Source of the DNA: a virus
IMG/VR virus record: IMGVR_UViG_3300048033_000857
Span: 19,338 to 83,337 of that record
DNA: 64,000 bases
Reading direction: 5' to 3' (one strand)
Positions within the stretch are counted from its first letter, which is position 1. Each line of letters opens with the position of its first letter. The notes under the pieces are model-generated. The model saw only the letters and a list, made by a program, of their open reading frames with translations, was not told where the DNA came from and did not search any database. The position numbers were made by a program, and so were the translations under genes. Positions 46,270-55,270 of this stretch are shown one piece after another.

Positions 46270-47241
46270 ATGGACGCACTCACCTTATGGAGCCTTGTGG
46301 GCTTCTTACTTGCTGCCTATGCAGTTATAGCCAATGATTCAGTACAAACTCTCGGTACATGGATGGCATCAAACAATGAGAGATTCAACTACAAAGTATT
46401 ATGGGGAGCCGCAAGTGCAGTGTTGCTTGCAACCTTATGGTATGGTTGGACAGTAAATGGTGGAGACATTAGTTACGGACGATTAAACAAAATACCCTGG
46501 CAAGAGGTACAATGGTATCACGCAGCCGCACCTGCTATTCTAGTTGCACTTACTAGACTGGGTGTGCCAGTATCAACATCATTCTTGGTGCTATCAGTAT
46601 TTGCTTCAACCTTTGTGTTGGAGAAAATGCTGATGAAATCGATTATGGGTTACGGTGTTGCAGCAGCATTTGCATATGTGGTATGGTTTGCAATACACAA
46701 ATACTTCGGCAAGTGGTATGATGAAACAAAGCCGGTAGATGAAAGCAACAAACGTTTTTGGCGCATTGCACAATGGGGAGCAACAGGCGGCTTGTGGTGG
46801 ACATGGCTGAGTCATGACATTGCAAATATTGCAGTGTTCCTTCCGCGAGTAGTGCCTGTGGACCTAATGATGTTTATATCAGTTGTGTTTGTGGTAGGCT
46901 TGTTCTTTATGTTTAGAGAGAAGGGCGGTAAGATCCAACAGATTGTATTAGAGAAACACAACACACGTTATGTGCGTAGTGCGACACTGATCGACTTGTT
47001 CTATTGGTTGTGCTTGTACTTCTTCAAAGAGCTCAATGATATTCCTATGTCAACAACGTGGGTGTTCGTGGGCTTACTTGCAGGTAGAGAACTAGCAATG
47101 GCTACTTACTTTGGTAAGCAAAAAACAAAGTCTATCTTTCCACTTGTGGCAAAAGACTTTGGTAAGATGATGGTAGGTTTGGGTGCAAGTGTTGCACTGG
47201 TCCTAGCAATACATTACGTTATTGTTCCAAGCGGACTATAA
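46270..47241 (+). CDS. membrane transporter, PiT/phosphate-sulfate permease-like
   Basis: AVIANDSVQTLGT, GVPVSTS, HDIANIA, IPMSTTWVFVG duplicated PiT-type motifs; many TM helices. Confidence 0.65.
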   Translation: MDALTLWSLVGFLLAAYAVIANDSVQTLGTWMASNNERFNYKVLWGAASAVLLATLWYGWTVNGGDISYGRLNKIPWQEVQWYHAAAPAILVALTRLGVPVSTSFLVLSVFASTFVLEKMLMKSIMGYGVAAAFAYVVWFAIHKYFGKWYDETKPVDESNKRFWRIAQWGATGGLWWTWLSHDIANIAVFLPRVVPVDLMMFISVVFVVGLFFMFREKGGKIQQIVLEKHNTRYVRSATLIDLFYWLCLYFFKELNDIPMSTTWVFVGLLAGRELAMATYFGKQKTKSIFPLVAKDFGKMMVGLGASVALVLAIHYVIVPSGL

Positions 47242-47249
47242 TGTTTTGT

Positions 47250-47281
47250 AAAGGCAGTGTGCGACGGCACTGCCTTTTTTC
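47250..47281. terminator. bidirectional intrinsic terminator
   Basis: AAAGGCAGTG-TGCGACGG-CACTGCCTTTTTT between convergent genes. Confidence 0.8.
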
Positions 47282-47286
47282 TTGAC

Positions 47287-48072
47287 TTATTTTTGTGAGT
47301 TTTCTTTACCGCTTGCGTACATACCTAAGAAGTTAATGTAATTAGTCATACTATGATCTGAGAAGCTGTCAACGCCTCCGCCTTTTAAACCCATCCATAA
47401 CCCACGCATACGATCTTTAAAACGCTGCCACATAGTCATCTTACGAACATTACCGTAGCAGTTTAGATAGTGTTCTTCACCATCGTGCTTATATCCAATA
47501 AATGCAGGAGGAACACGAGTAACAATGTCATTATTGTTTACCCAACGATGATGTTTGGTTTTCATTGTGTTAACGTAACGTTTCCAACCTACTCTTGGCG
47601 AACCGTATGTGTACAGTTCTTCTGCATCACGAACGCCGTCTTCATAGAAGCAACGACTAGACATAACAGTTGCCATTGCTGCTCCTAATGAGTGTCCACA
47701 GAACCATAACTTCTTATCTTTGTTTACAGTACGAGTAATGTCTTCTAGTACCATAGGCCATAGTTCGTCTACTTCTGCTTTAAACCCTCTGTGTACACGA
47801 CTTACACTTTCGCTTTTAACCGGAAATGCTTTTAGATCTGCTGCAATGTCGTTAAATTGTGTAGGTTGTGTTCCTCGGCATGCAATAACTAAATCTTCTT
47901 TGTTTTGGAAACGATAGGCTTGTGCGCCTTCTCTGTTATAGAATTCAACAGTAGTAAATCCTAATTTTTTTACTTGCTTTTTTACTTCCTTGATGTTATC
48001 ATCGTAAGCTATACTCGCTAGTTTAGCAAACAATAACGAACGATCAGGAAAAGACATTTGTGATATTGACAT
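47287..48072 (-). CDS. lipase class 3 family protein
   Basis: IACRGT, VHRGF, GHSLGAA, YTYGSPRVG, NNNDIVTRVP, DHSM..Y. Confidence 0.9.
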   Translation of the reverse strand: MSISQMSFPDRSLLFAKLASIAYDDNIKEVKKQVKKLGFTTVEFYNREGAQAYRFQNKEDLVIACRGTQPTQFNDIAADLKAFPVKSESVSRVHRGFKAEVDELWPMVLEDITRTVNKDKKLWFCGHSLGAAMATVMSSRCFYEDGVRDAEELYTYGSPRVGWKRYVNTMKTKHHRWVNNNDIVTRVPPAFIGYKHDGEEHYLNCYGNVRKMTMWQRFKDRMRGLWMGLKGGGVDSFSDHSMTNYINFLGMYASGKENSQK

Positions 48073-48152
48073 TTTTACCCTCCAGTTTGTTGCCCCATTA
48101 GTACACATATTTATAGTTTGTCAACGATAAATACATTAACGGAGTGAAAGTA

Positions 48153-48413
48153 ATGAAGAAACGTACAAGAAGCATATTAGAAGAACTAAACAATCTTGAT
48201 CGTGCAAAGAATAACGATCATCTAATTGAAGCTACAGGCAGTAATATTATTGAAAGTGCAATTAATCTTCTAAATAAAATATCTAATACTTACGACGAAG
48301 ATACCGCCGGAGAATTAGAAAGACGTTTTCTTAACTCAATTAAAAGTGGCGATCCACGAAAGTTTAAAAGAAGTATACAAAAAGTAATAGAGAGCAAAAA
48401 TAATGACATTTAA
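48153..48413 (+). CDS. hypothetical protein
   Basis: RSILEEL...ERRFLNSIKSGDPRKF; TAAATA motif upstream. Confidence 0.7.
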   Translation: MKKRTRSILEELNNLDRAKNNDHLIEATGSNIIESAINLLNKISNTYDEDTAGELERRFLNSIKSGDPRKFKRSIQKVIESKNNDI

Positions 48414-49278
48414 TTTATTCGAAGGCGGCAATGTTTTTAAAATAGTAGATGGTGACAAAATTCAACCAATTACACAAAGAATTGCAACTACTGATGTAAA
48501 GCCAACTATAGATTGGCTTAACACTACATTTGGATTTAAGTTTGTTGACGAAGACATGCTCGGCACTACTGGACAGAAAAACAAACCAGACGGATCATTT
48601 GAAGAAAATTCATCAGGTGATATTGATCTAAATGTTGATTCTAGAGAATTGCCTAAAGAAGAAATTATTGCAAAACTCACTGCTTGGTGTCAAAAGCAAG
48701 GCATTCCTGATTTAGAAATTATGAATAAGGGCAGAACATTCACACAAGGATGGGTTGCTAATGCAGGATTACAAGTACACTTTCGTACTCCTATTAGAGG
48801 CGATGTTAAAAACGGTTTTGTACAAACAGACTTTATGCTCACAGACAACCCTGCACTACAGCGTGGAGCCAAACGTGGCGGCACTGAAACTTTTACTGGC
48901 GCTGACAGAGCTGTACTACTATCTAGTCTTGCTAGAGGTAGAGGATATAAGTTTAGTCCTACAAAAGGTGTAGTTGATCCTAACAATGGCGATGCAGTAG
49001 TTGCTAACGATTGGGACGAGATTGCAGAGATACTACTAGGCCGAGGTGCTAGAGAAACAGATACTCATACAGTTGAGCAGATGCTTGCGAAACTAAAAGG
49101 CGATCCAAACTATGCAGAACTAATTGCTCCATGGAAAGACAACATGGAAAAGCAAGGTAAACAAGTTCCAGAACATGCTCAGCAGTCATTAGCAGACAAA
49201 CAACTTGAAAGAATTAAACAGTTGTCAGGGTCTTTATTAAACAGTAGTGTAATGATCTCAGGAGCGTTTAATAAATGA
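48403..49278 (+). CDS. putative Pol-beta-type nucleotidyltransferase
   Basis: LGTTGQK...SSGDIDLNVD...VQTDFM (G[ST], DxD and third Asp). Confidence 0.55.
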   Translation: MTFNLFEGGNVFKIVDGDKIQPITQRIATTDVKPTIDWLNTTFGFKFVDEDMLGTTGQKNKPDGSFEENSSGDIDLNVDSRELPKEEIIAKLTAWCQKQGIPDLEIMNKGRTFTQGWVANAGLQVHFRTPIRGDVKNGFVQTDFMLTDNPALQRGAKRGGTETFTGADRAVLLSSLARGRGYKFSPTKGVVDPNNGDAVVANDWDEIAEILLGRGARETDTHTVEQMLAKLKGDPNYAELIAPWKDNMEKQGKQVPEHAQQSLADKQLERIKQLSGSLLNSSVMISGAFNK

Positions 49279-50534
49279 GATTTAGTGACTTTAAAATAGT
49301 AGAGGCAAAGCGCAAGCAAAAAAACGCTGATCAAGTAAAGGGCAAAGAACCTATGCCCAAAGCAAAACCAGGGCGCACAGAACATCCGTTTCAAGGTAGA
49401 CTTGTTGGCGAAAGCATTGTCAATGAAGGTGCAAGAATTGATCACGCAGAAGACATAATTTTCTTTGAAGGCTCTCGTGGCGCAGTCCGTGCTATTGAAA
49501 GTTTAAAGAGTCTAGAGCAAGGTAAACATACTGATGTAACAATTAAATGGGATGGAAGTCCTGCTATTATATTTGGTCGTGATGAGAACGGTGAGTTTAT
49601 TCTTACAGACAAGAGTGGCTTTACTGCAAAAGGTTATGACGGCAAGAGCAAGAGTGCAGACGACTTAGAGCAGATGTTCCTTAACCGTAGCGGCGGAAAG
49701 AACAGAGATAATCCTGGATATGTTGCATTTGCAGCTAACATGAAAGATATCTTTGACGAGTACGAACGAGCAACTCCAAAGGATTATAGAGGATTCTTTA
49801 AAGGTGACTTGTTATATTATAACACACCTGAAATAGAAGATGGTCGTTATCATTTTACTCCAAACGTAGTAACATATGATGTAACAGTTGATTCACCAAT
49901 AGGTAAACAAATAGGTGCAAGTAAAACTGGTATTGTTATACATAGAGAAGTAGATGCTACTGGTAATGAAGGTCCACTAAAGAATGGAAATATATTTCAG
50001 GGCAATGAAGTTTTAGTATTGCCGCCGGTAGTAGCACAATCTGCACCAGAAATAGACGATACTGATATTAAAAACTTACAAGCAATGGTATCTAAAAATG
50101 CTAATCAAATAGATGATATTCTTGCAAGACGTCCAGGCCTGTCAGACTTGCCGCAAATTTTTTATACATATTTAAATAGTAAAGTAGACACAGGTATAAA
50201 GGATTTAGCACAAGGATTTGGTCCGTGGTTGTCGCAGTCTAAAGTTAGTAAGCCTAAGCAACAAAAAATTATTGAAATAATAAACAATAATGTTGAAGGA
50301 TTTAATGCAATGTGGAACATTGTGCTTGGTATTATGACTGTTAAAGATAATATTATTAATCAGTTAGAGTCACAAGATGCTGATATTAAAGCAAGCATAG
50401 GATCTAAAGGTCCTGCTGCTCCTGACACACACGGTGACGGTGGCGAAGGTTATGTGCTAGCACATCCCGAAGGCGATATTAAACTAGTACCAAGAGCGTA
50501 TTTTACTAGAGCCAATAGATCAGTACAACGATAA
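49275..50534 (+). CDS. ligase-like covalent nucleotidyltransferase (DUF6267-like)
   Basis: TIKWDGSPAIIFG (KxDG), KGDLLY, GEGYV, IKLV motifs. Confidence 0.6.
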   Translation: MRFSDFKIVEAKRKQKNADQVKGKEPMPKAKPGRTEHPFQGRLVGESIVNEGARIDHAEDIIFFEGSRGAVRAIESLKSLEQGKHTDVTIKWDGSPAIIFGRDENGEFILTDKSGFTAKGYDGKSKSADDLEQMFLNRSGGKNRDNPGYVAFAANMKDIFDEYERATPKDYRGFFKGDLLYYNTPEIEDGRYHFTPNVVTYDVTVDSPIGKQIGASKTGIVIHREVDATGNEGPLKNGNIFQGNEVLVLPPVVAQSAPEIDDTDIKNLQAMVSKNANQIDDILARRPGLSDLPQIFYTYLNSKVDTGIKDLAQGFGPWLSQSKVSKPKQQKIIEIINNNVEGFNAMWNIVLGIMTVKDNIINQLESQDADIKASIGSKGPAAPDTHGDGGEGYVLAHPEGDIKLVPRAYFTRANRSVQR

Positions 50535-50548
50535 ATTAGGAGAATTAA

Positions 50549-50998
50549 ATGAAAAATTATATGGAAGAATTTGAAACACACCTAAATAAGATTACAGAAG
50601 GTGTATTAAACGAAAATGTAGAAGAAGGTATGGAACTATCTAATACACAACGTAAACTGGCAAATTATGGTAGGATTTTAATGGATCAAGCCGTAACCCA
50701 AAAAGATGACAACTTGTCAAATGTAATGGCTAAAGTTGGTAACGAACTAACAAACTTTGGTGCTACTTTTGGACCAAAGAGTTTAGAAGAACTTGTTAAA
50801 AAAACAGGAACAGCACCAAACATAATTAAAAAACTTTTAGCATATGCTGAAAATATTTCAAAAACACAGGCATCACTATCAGCTGATAACTCTGATGGAG
50901 GACTTGACGACGAAGGTGATGACGAATTTACTAGTGCAGCTGATGACGAAATGGATGCTATCCAAGCAGATAGAGCAGCAAGAGATGCTAGTAGGTAA
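50549..50998 (+). CDS. hypothetical acidic protein
   Basis: AGGAG RBS; similar to early ORF 20237-20512. Confidence 0.7.
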   Translation: MKNYMEEFETHLNKITEGVLNENVEEGMELSNTQRKLANYGRILMDQAVTQKDDNLSNVMAKVGNELTNFGATFGPKSLEELVKKTGTAPNIIKKLLAYAENISKTQASLSADNSDGGLDDEGDDEFTSAADDEMDAIQADRAARDASR

Positions 50999-51003
50999 TT
51001 AAT

Positions 51004-51357
51004 ATGGATTTTTTACGTGTACTCGAAAATGGTGAAGAGTTTTTTCTTGAAGAAGATTTTCAAGAACTTATAGAACAACTTGAGAAAGAAGAATTAGACG
51101 AAGATGCTTTAGATCGTATTGCTCAGCGAGTCACACAACGCGAAGTTGCACTTTACAGTTATCTAGTAGGTAAACAAAATGCACTTCTTGCAAAAATTTA
51201 TGTAGATAAAATCCAAGCAGGCAAAACAGCACCTCCAAGCATTGCAAAAGGATATCTTCCAGCTGTTGATATGATACATGATATTGTAAAAGCAGGTCCA
51301 AGTTATGTAAATTTATTAAAGAGTTTACATAATAGAGCCAAAAGAGTGTCTAATTAG
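51004..51357 (+). CDS. hypothetical protein
   Basis: 117-aa ORF, Glu-rich N-terminus. Confidence 0.65.
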   Translation: MDFLRVLENGEEFFLEEDFQELIEQLEKEELDEDALDRIAQRVTQREVALYSYLVGKQNALLAKIYVDKIQAGKTAPPSIAKGYLPAVDMIHDIVKAGPSYVNLLKSLHNRAKRVSN

Positions 51358-51438
51358 AAGTTTTTTTTATAAAAGACTAAATACAATTGTAAACTTTACA
51401 GAGTGTAAAGTAACCATTTAGAGACATAGGAGAAAAAA

Positions 51439-51795
51439 ATGGCAGATCTAATTTCAACAATCGGACAAAACTACCGTAAAAACGGTATTAATAACTCAGG
51501 CGTAGGTCGTGAGTTTATTCTAAGTGTTACTGCTGATGCAGGTACACTTACTGATGCAAAACTAAACGCAGCAATCGATTATCTAACTACATCACACGGT
51601 GTAGATGGTGCAGGCGATTCAGCAGGCACAATCGGTGCAGTTGGTACAGCAGACGGAACAGCATTTGATCCAGCAGCCGACACAGTTGTATATGTGCGTA
51701 TGCAGACTTCAGGAGACTTCACAGTAACTGGCGTTAACGCAGCAGCAACAGACACAACAGTAGCAGTTGTTTGTGAATTTAAACCAGCAAAATAA
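51439..51795 (+). CDS. putative virion structural protein
   Basis: A/G/T-rich, strongly biased codons, TAAATA promoter, AGGAG RBS, downstream terminator. Confidence 0.6.
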   Translation: MADLISTIGQNYRKNGINNSGVGREFILSVTADAGTLTDAKLNAAIDYLTTSHGVDGAGDSAGTIGAVGTADGTAFDPAADTVVYVRMQTSGDFTVTGVNAAATDTTVAVVCEFKPAK

Positions 51796-51834
51796 TTCCT
51801 TACTACCTTAGGAACGCGGCGTTAACAGGCGTCA

Positions 51835-51866
51835 TAAGAGCTCAGTTTTTACTGGGCTCTTTTTTT
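51835..51866 (+). terminator. intrinsic terminator
   Basis: AAGAGCTCAGT-TTTT-ACTGGGCTCTT followed by a T-run. Confidence 0.8.
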
Positions 51867-51883
51867 ATGACTGTAAATACAGT

Positions 51884-52279
51884 ATGAAATTTAGAGTCCA
51901 AACATTAATAGACATAACAAAAACTGGCGGTCGAAAATACGATCATCCTAAAATTCTTAATCAACAAGCTAATTTTAATACTTTTTTTAATACAATAGGT
52001 CTTAGAACGAATGCTACAGAGTTTGATATTAATTTAGATAATATGAATATCGAAGACGTCAACTTTGGTAGTAAATATAAAGGTAAACACAACGTTTGGA
52101 CTGCCGAATTTTATGTTGAAGCAGAAGACTCGTTATCAGTTGACATGATGAATAATGATTTTCATTTAGTTCCGATAATTGCAGACCTGGACGAAACTAT
52201 TAAATTAGATACAAAGATGTTTATTACTTGCAAGGATAATGTTAAATGTAACATTATTTTCTATAGAATTGATAAATAA
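51884..52279 (+). CDS. hypothetical protein
   Basis: TLIDITKTG...NQQANFNT; leaderless after TAAATA. Confidence 0.7.
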   Translation: MKFRVQTLIDITKTGGRKYDHPKILNQQANFNTFFNTIGLRTNATEFDINLDNMNIEDVNFGSKYKGKHNVWTAEFYVEAEDSLSVDMMNNDFHLVPIIADLDETIKLDTKMFITCKDNVKCNIIFYRIDK

Positions 52280-52359
52280 CTTTATAGGGCACAACATAAT
52301 AGGCATATTAAATATAAAAAGGCTAACTGACTACAAGTTTACTTTTATGGAGATTATAA

Positions 52360-52599
52360 GTGTCTGACTTACCAACAACACAATTAGAAAGAGAAAGCCT
52401 CGAGGCTCATGTAGACCTATGTGCTCTACGTTACAAGAATCTTGATGAGCGTCTTGACAAAGTTGAAGAAAAAATCGACATAATTCACAAAGATATCACA
52501 GACGGTCAAAAGTCAATGACCAAAGTCCTTATTGGCACAGCAGGTACTGTTGTTGCAGGACTACTTTCCACAGTCATCGTTATTATACTACAGATGTAA
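52360..52599 (+). CDS. coiled-coil protein with C-terminal TM helix (hemolysin XhlA/holin-like)
   Basis: SLEAHVDLCALRY..L.ERL.KVE.. followed by a hydrophobic tail. Confidence 0.55.
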   Translation: MSDLPTTQLERESLEAHVDLCALRYKNLDERLDKVEEKIDIIHKDITDGQKSMTKVLIGTAGTVVAGLLSTVIVIILQM

Positions 52600-52618
52600 T
52601 TCTCGCATAAATAACTAT

Positions 52619-52897
52619 ATGTTATTACGAGAATTTTTTACCACCGATTTAGAAGAAAAGCAAGTTTGGGCTCGTTCTGGAAAGAAAGTAGTTCGCAAAT
52701 ACCGCTGTATGTCTGGTCGTAGAAAAGGCAGAGTGGTTGCCAAAATGTCACAATGCTTTGCTGCTCCAGATTTAAAAAAGAGCAAGAATATGAAAGTTAT
52801 GAAGGCTAGATTAGGCCCTCGACTTGCTAGAAAAATTAAAAAGACTAAAAGAGTCAATCCTGCAAGTAAACGGGTGCAGTCATTAAATAAAAGGTAA
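52619..52897 (+). CDS. small basic protein (putative head-internal)
   Basis: MLLREFF..LEE followed by a K/R-rich domain. Confidence 0.7.
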   Translation: MLLREFFTTDLEEKQVWARSGKKVVRKYRCMSGRRKGRVVAKMSQCFAAPDLKKSKNMKVMKARLGPRLARKIKKTKRVNPASKRVQSLNKR

Positions 52898-52901
52898 GAC
52901 T

Positions 52902-53180
52902 ATGAGAATTTATGAAGTTACAAATGCAAGAGTTACACGCAGTTCTGGAAATCAAGTTACTGTAGATCACGGCGACGGAACAAGTACTACTGTAGATACT
53001 CGTAAAAATCCAAATGCTATTCAGCGCAGCGACGATGGTAAATTAAAAATTCAAACACGTCAGCAAAACAGTAAGATGGGCAACAACAGTAATCAACCAG
53101 ATAAACCGAGACCCGGCGAAGAGATAGAAGTAGATGAAGTTTCTTGTTCGTCTAGTATGAAGAAAAAGAAAAGAAAATGA
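52902..53180 (+). CDS. hypothetical protein
   Basis: MRIYEV N-terminus. Confidence 0.65.
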   Translation: MRIYEVTNARVTRSSGNQVTVDHGDGTSTTVDTRKNPNAIQRSDDGKLKIQTRQQNSKMGNNSNQPDKPRPGEEIEVDEVSCSSSMKKKKRK

Positions 53181-53389
53181 AAATAAATGAGCTGATAACT
53201 TCGTTTGAAATATTTATAACAAACGAAGAACGTGAGATTTATGAAAACATAACTCAAGATCGTACAGCTCTTAGCCAATTTAACGAACGAGAACAATTCA
53301 TAATTCACAACCTTATTCGTAAAAGTTTAGTAAGTAAAGTAGTTGCAAATGGACAAGTATTGGTTATAAAAAATGATAGACACTTCTAA
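53177..53389 (+). CDS. hypothetical protein
   Basis: MKINEL N-terminus; operonic overlap. Confidence 0.7.
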   Translation: MKINELITSFEIFITNEEREIYENITQDRTALSQFNEREQFIIHNLIRKSLVSKVVANGQVLVIKNDRHF

Positions 53390-53807
53390 ATTATTTAAGG
53401 ACCTTGAAGAGCTCCTTAATACGTCAATTGACCCTTCTCTTTTTCCTTATAAAAAAGGAAATTCTATTCGTATTGGAAAATATGTTGTTAGAAGTAGTAA
53501 AAAAAATAATAAACACAAAGTTTTTGATTGCGAAAACAATGTAATGATAGCTGATACTTTTACAAAGGCATCTGCTATTGCACTTGCAAAAAGTCTAGCG
53601 CAAAATAAAAGAAATTCTGTTGTTTCTCAAATTTTAGAAATTGACAAAAATATACAAAAGTGGTATAATGATTGTGTATTTCATAACCATACACTGCATG
53701 TAACAACAGATGAATTTAAAGCTGATATTGCAGCAGTGCGTTATGACATTGCAAGACAAAAAACCGATACCGCCCGAAGCGAATTAGATAAATATATTTA
53801 TAGCTAA
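53373..53807 (+). CDS. hypothetical protein
   Basis: 144-aa operonic ORF. Confidence 0.7.
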   Translation: MIDTSKLFKDLEELLNTSIDPSLFPYKKGNSIRIGKYVVRSSKKNNKHKVFDCENNVMIADTFTKASAIALAKSLAQNKRNSVVSQILEIDKNIQKWYNDCVFHNHTLHVTTDEFKADIAAVRYDIARQKTDTARSELDKYIYS

Positions 53808-53850
53808 AGAGGCTAAATAACTTAAAGCATTAATACATTAGGAAGATGTA

Positions 53851-54846
53851 ATGAACATACATGAGATATCAAAACCAGTAACAGCAGCAAGCCTAAACGA
53901 AAGTCTTGCTAAGAAATTTGGGCAAAAAGTTGCTCTAGATAAATTTACCTTAGAACAATTACAAGATGTTCGAAATAAAATTAGAACTAAAATTTTCAAT
54001 GTCGAAACTAACGAAAGTTTCGATACCGTTGTTAAAGACGAAGGATATCAAAAATCAAAACTCTTCCTTGATGTATTAAATGCTGAGATTTCTGAACGTG
54101 CTGACATTGTAGAAGCAAACGACTGTGACGAAACTTGTCCTAAGAGCTGCACAGACTGCGGCGGAACAGGCGATCCAGAAAAGTACAAAGCTTCAGTAAA
54201 AGAAGCTGATCACAATAAGCGTCCAGATAGTCCAGATTTAGACGATGATGGTGACACAGAAGAGCCAATTGCACAAGCTGCCAAGGACGCTAAAAAGAAA
54301 AAGAAAACATCTGAGTCAGTAGTTACTGAAGGCGAAGAAGACAAAGCAGAACTAGTAATGGCTGCTAAGGACATGGTTGATCGTGTTACTGGTTGGATGG
54401 AAGACACTGCTGAAATGCAAACAGAAAGCATGCTAGAACTAGCAGATGCTATTCGTGACGAACACGGATCAGAAATTTCAGAAGGGTTTACTGCATCAGT
54501 TAAGCCTGCACTAGAAGCAATGTACACTGCAATGGAAAGTTGCAGAATTACATTAACAAGCGGTGTTGGTATGTTAACTGGTGAAGGCGGAACACCTATG
54601 ATGGGTGCAGAACCTTTAGCAGCTGATCCAGCAATGGAACCAACAACAGATATGGATGCAATGGGCGGTGATATAGAAGACCCGTTAGCTGATCCATTAG
54701 CCGACGATGGAATGGGCGCAGCACCAGCAGCAGCAGGCGGCGAAGATGCAGCAGGCAGAGCAAGACGTGAGTCAAAAATAAACAAAAAGAAAGCTATGCT
54801 AGAAAGAAGTAGAAAATTAGGTACCATTCTTTCAAAAAAAAAATAA
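53851..54846 (+). CDS. putative prohead core/scaffold-like protein
   Basis: Acidic, multiple [ILV]xE sites, EDKAELVMAAKDMVD motif, ends in an A10 run. Confidence 0.6.
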   Translation: MNIHEISKPVTAASLNESLAKKFGQKVALDKFTLEQLQDVRNKIRTKIFNVETNESFDTVVKDEGYQKSKLFLDVLNAEISERADIVEANDCDETCPKSCTDCGGTGDPEKYKASVKEADHNKRPDSPDLDDDGDTEEPIAQAAKDAKKKKKTSESVVTEGEEDKAELVMAAKDMVDRVTGWMEDTAEMQTESMLELADAIRDEHGSEISEGFTASVKPALEAMYTAMESCRITLTSGVGMLTGEGGTPMMGAEPLAADPAMEPTTDMDAMGGDIEDPLADPLADDGMGAAPAAAGGEDAAGRARRESKINKKKAMLERSRKLGTILSKKK

Positions 54847-55211
54847 GTGAAGATGCTGATAATCAGCGTCTAACCCAAGTTCTTAGAACAGTAATAGGCA
54901 GCGCCGACTCTAAAGGAGACGCTGTTTTTTTACATTTTAATTCTCCTGCAACACCTAAACAAGGTGTAAGAAATTTAGATCTAAATAAACTTATGCAAAA
55001 TGTTGGAGCCGAATCGTTTAATTTTGATAGCTTTAAGATGGTGTATGACACAGATCCTAGAGTTAAAGCAATGATTCAAAACTTTGACAAGGATGGCATT
55101 GAACCTAAGACGCAAGCTCAGTCACCTGTAGATGCTAAACCTACTGACGTAGGAAGTAAAGACACTGTAGGTGATATGGCTAAAAATGCTGTAGATCTAA
55201 GTGACCTATAA
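54843..55211 (+). CDS. ORF in the -1 frame, probably reached by frameshift from 53851 (first ATG only at 54993)
   Basis: Open from the poly-A run (ISEDADNQRLTQVLRTVI...) with no ATG between TAG 54810 and 54993. Confidence 0.55.
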   Translation: MSEDADNQRLTQVLRTVIGSADSKGDAVFLHFNSPATPKQGVRNLDLNKLMQNVGAESFNFDSFKMVYDTDPRVKAMIQNFDKDGIEPKTQAQSPVDAKPTDVGSKDTVGDMAKNAVDLSDL

Positions 55212-55216
55212 ATCAT

Positions 55217-55245
55217 TTGACAAATAATTAATTAGATAGTATACT
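55217..55245 (+). promoter_or_regulatory. sigma70 promoter
   Basis: TTGACA-17nt-TATACT. Confidence 0.7.
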
Positions 55246-55270
55246 ATACACAACTAGTATAGGAATTCTA

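Noticed and set aside
12514-54827. Long antisense ORFs such as 12514-13071, 32792-33220 and 54210-54827
   Set aside because: Shadow frames of well-supported genes, arising from codon bias
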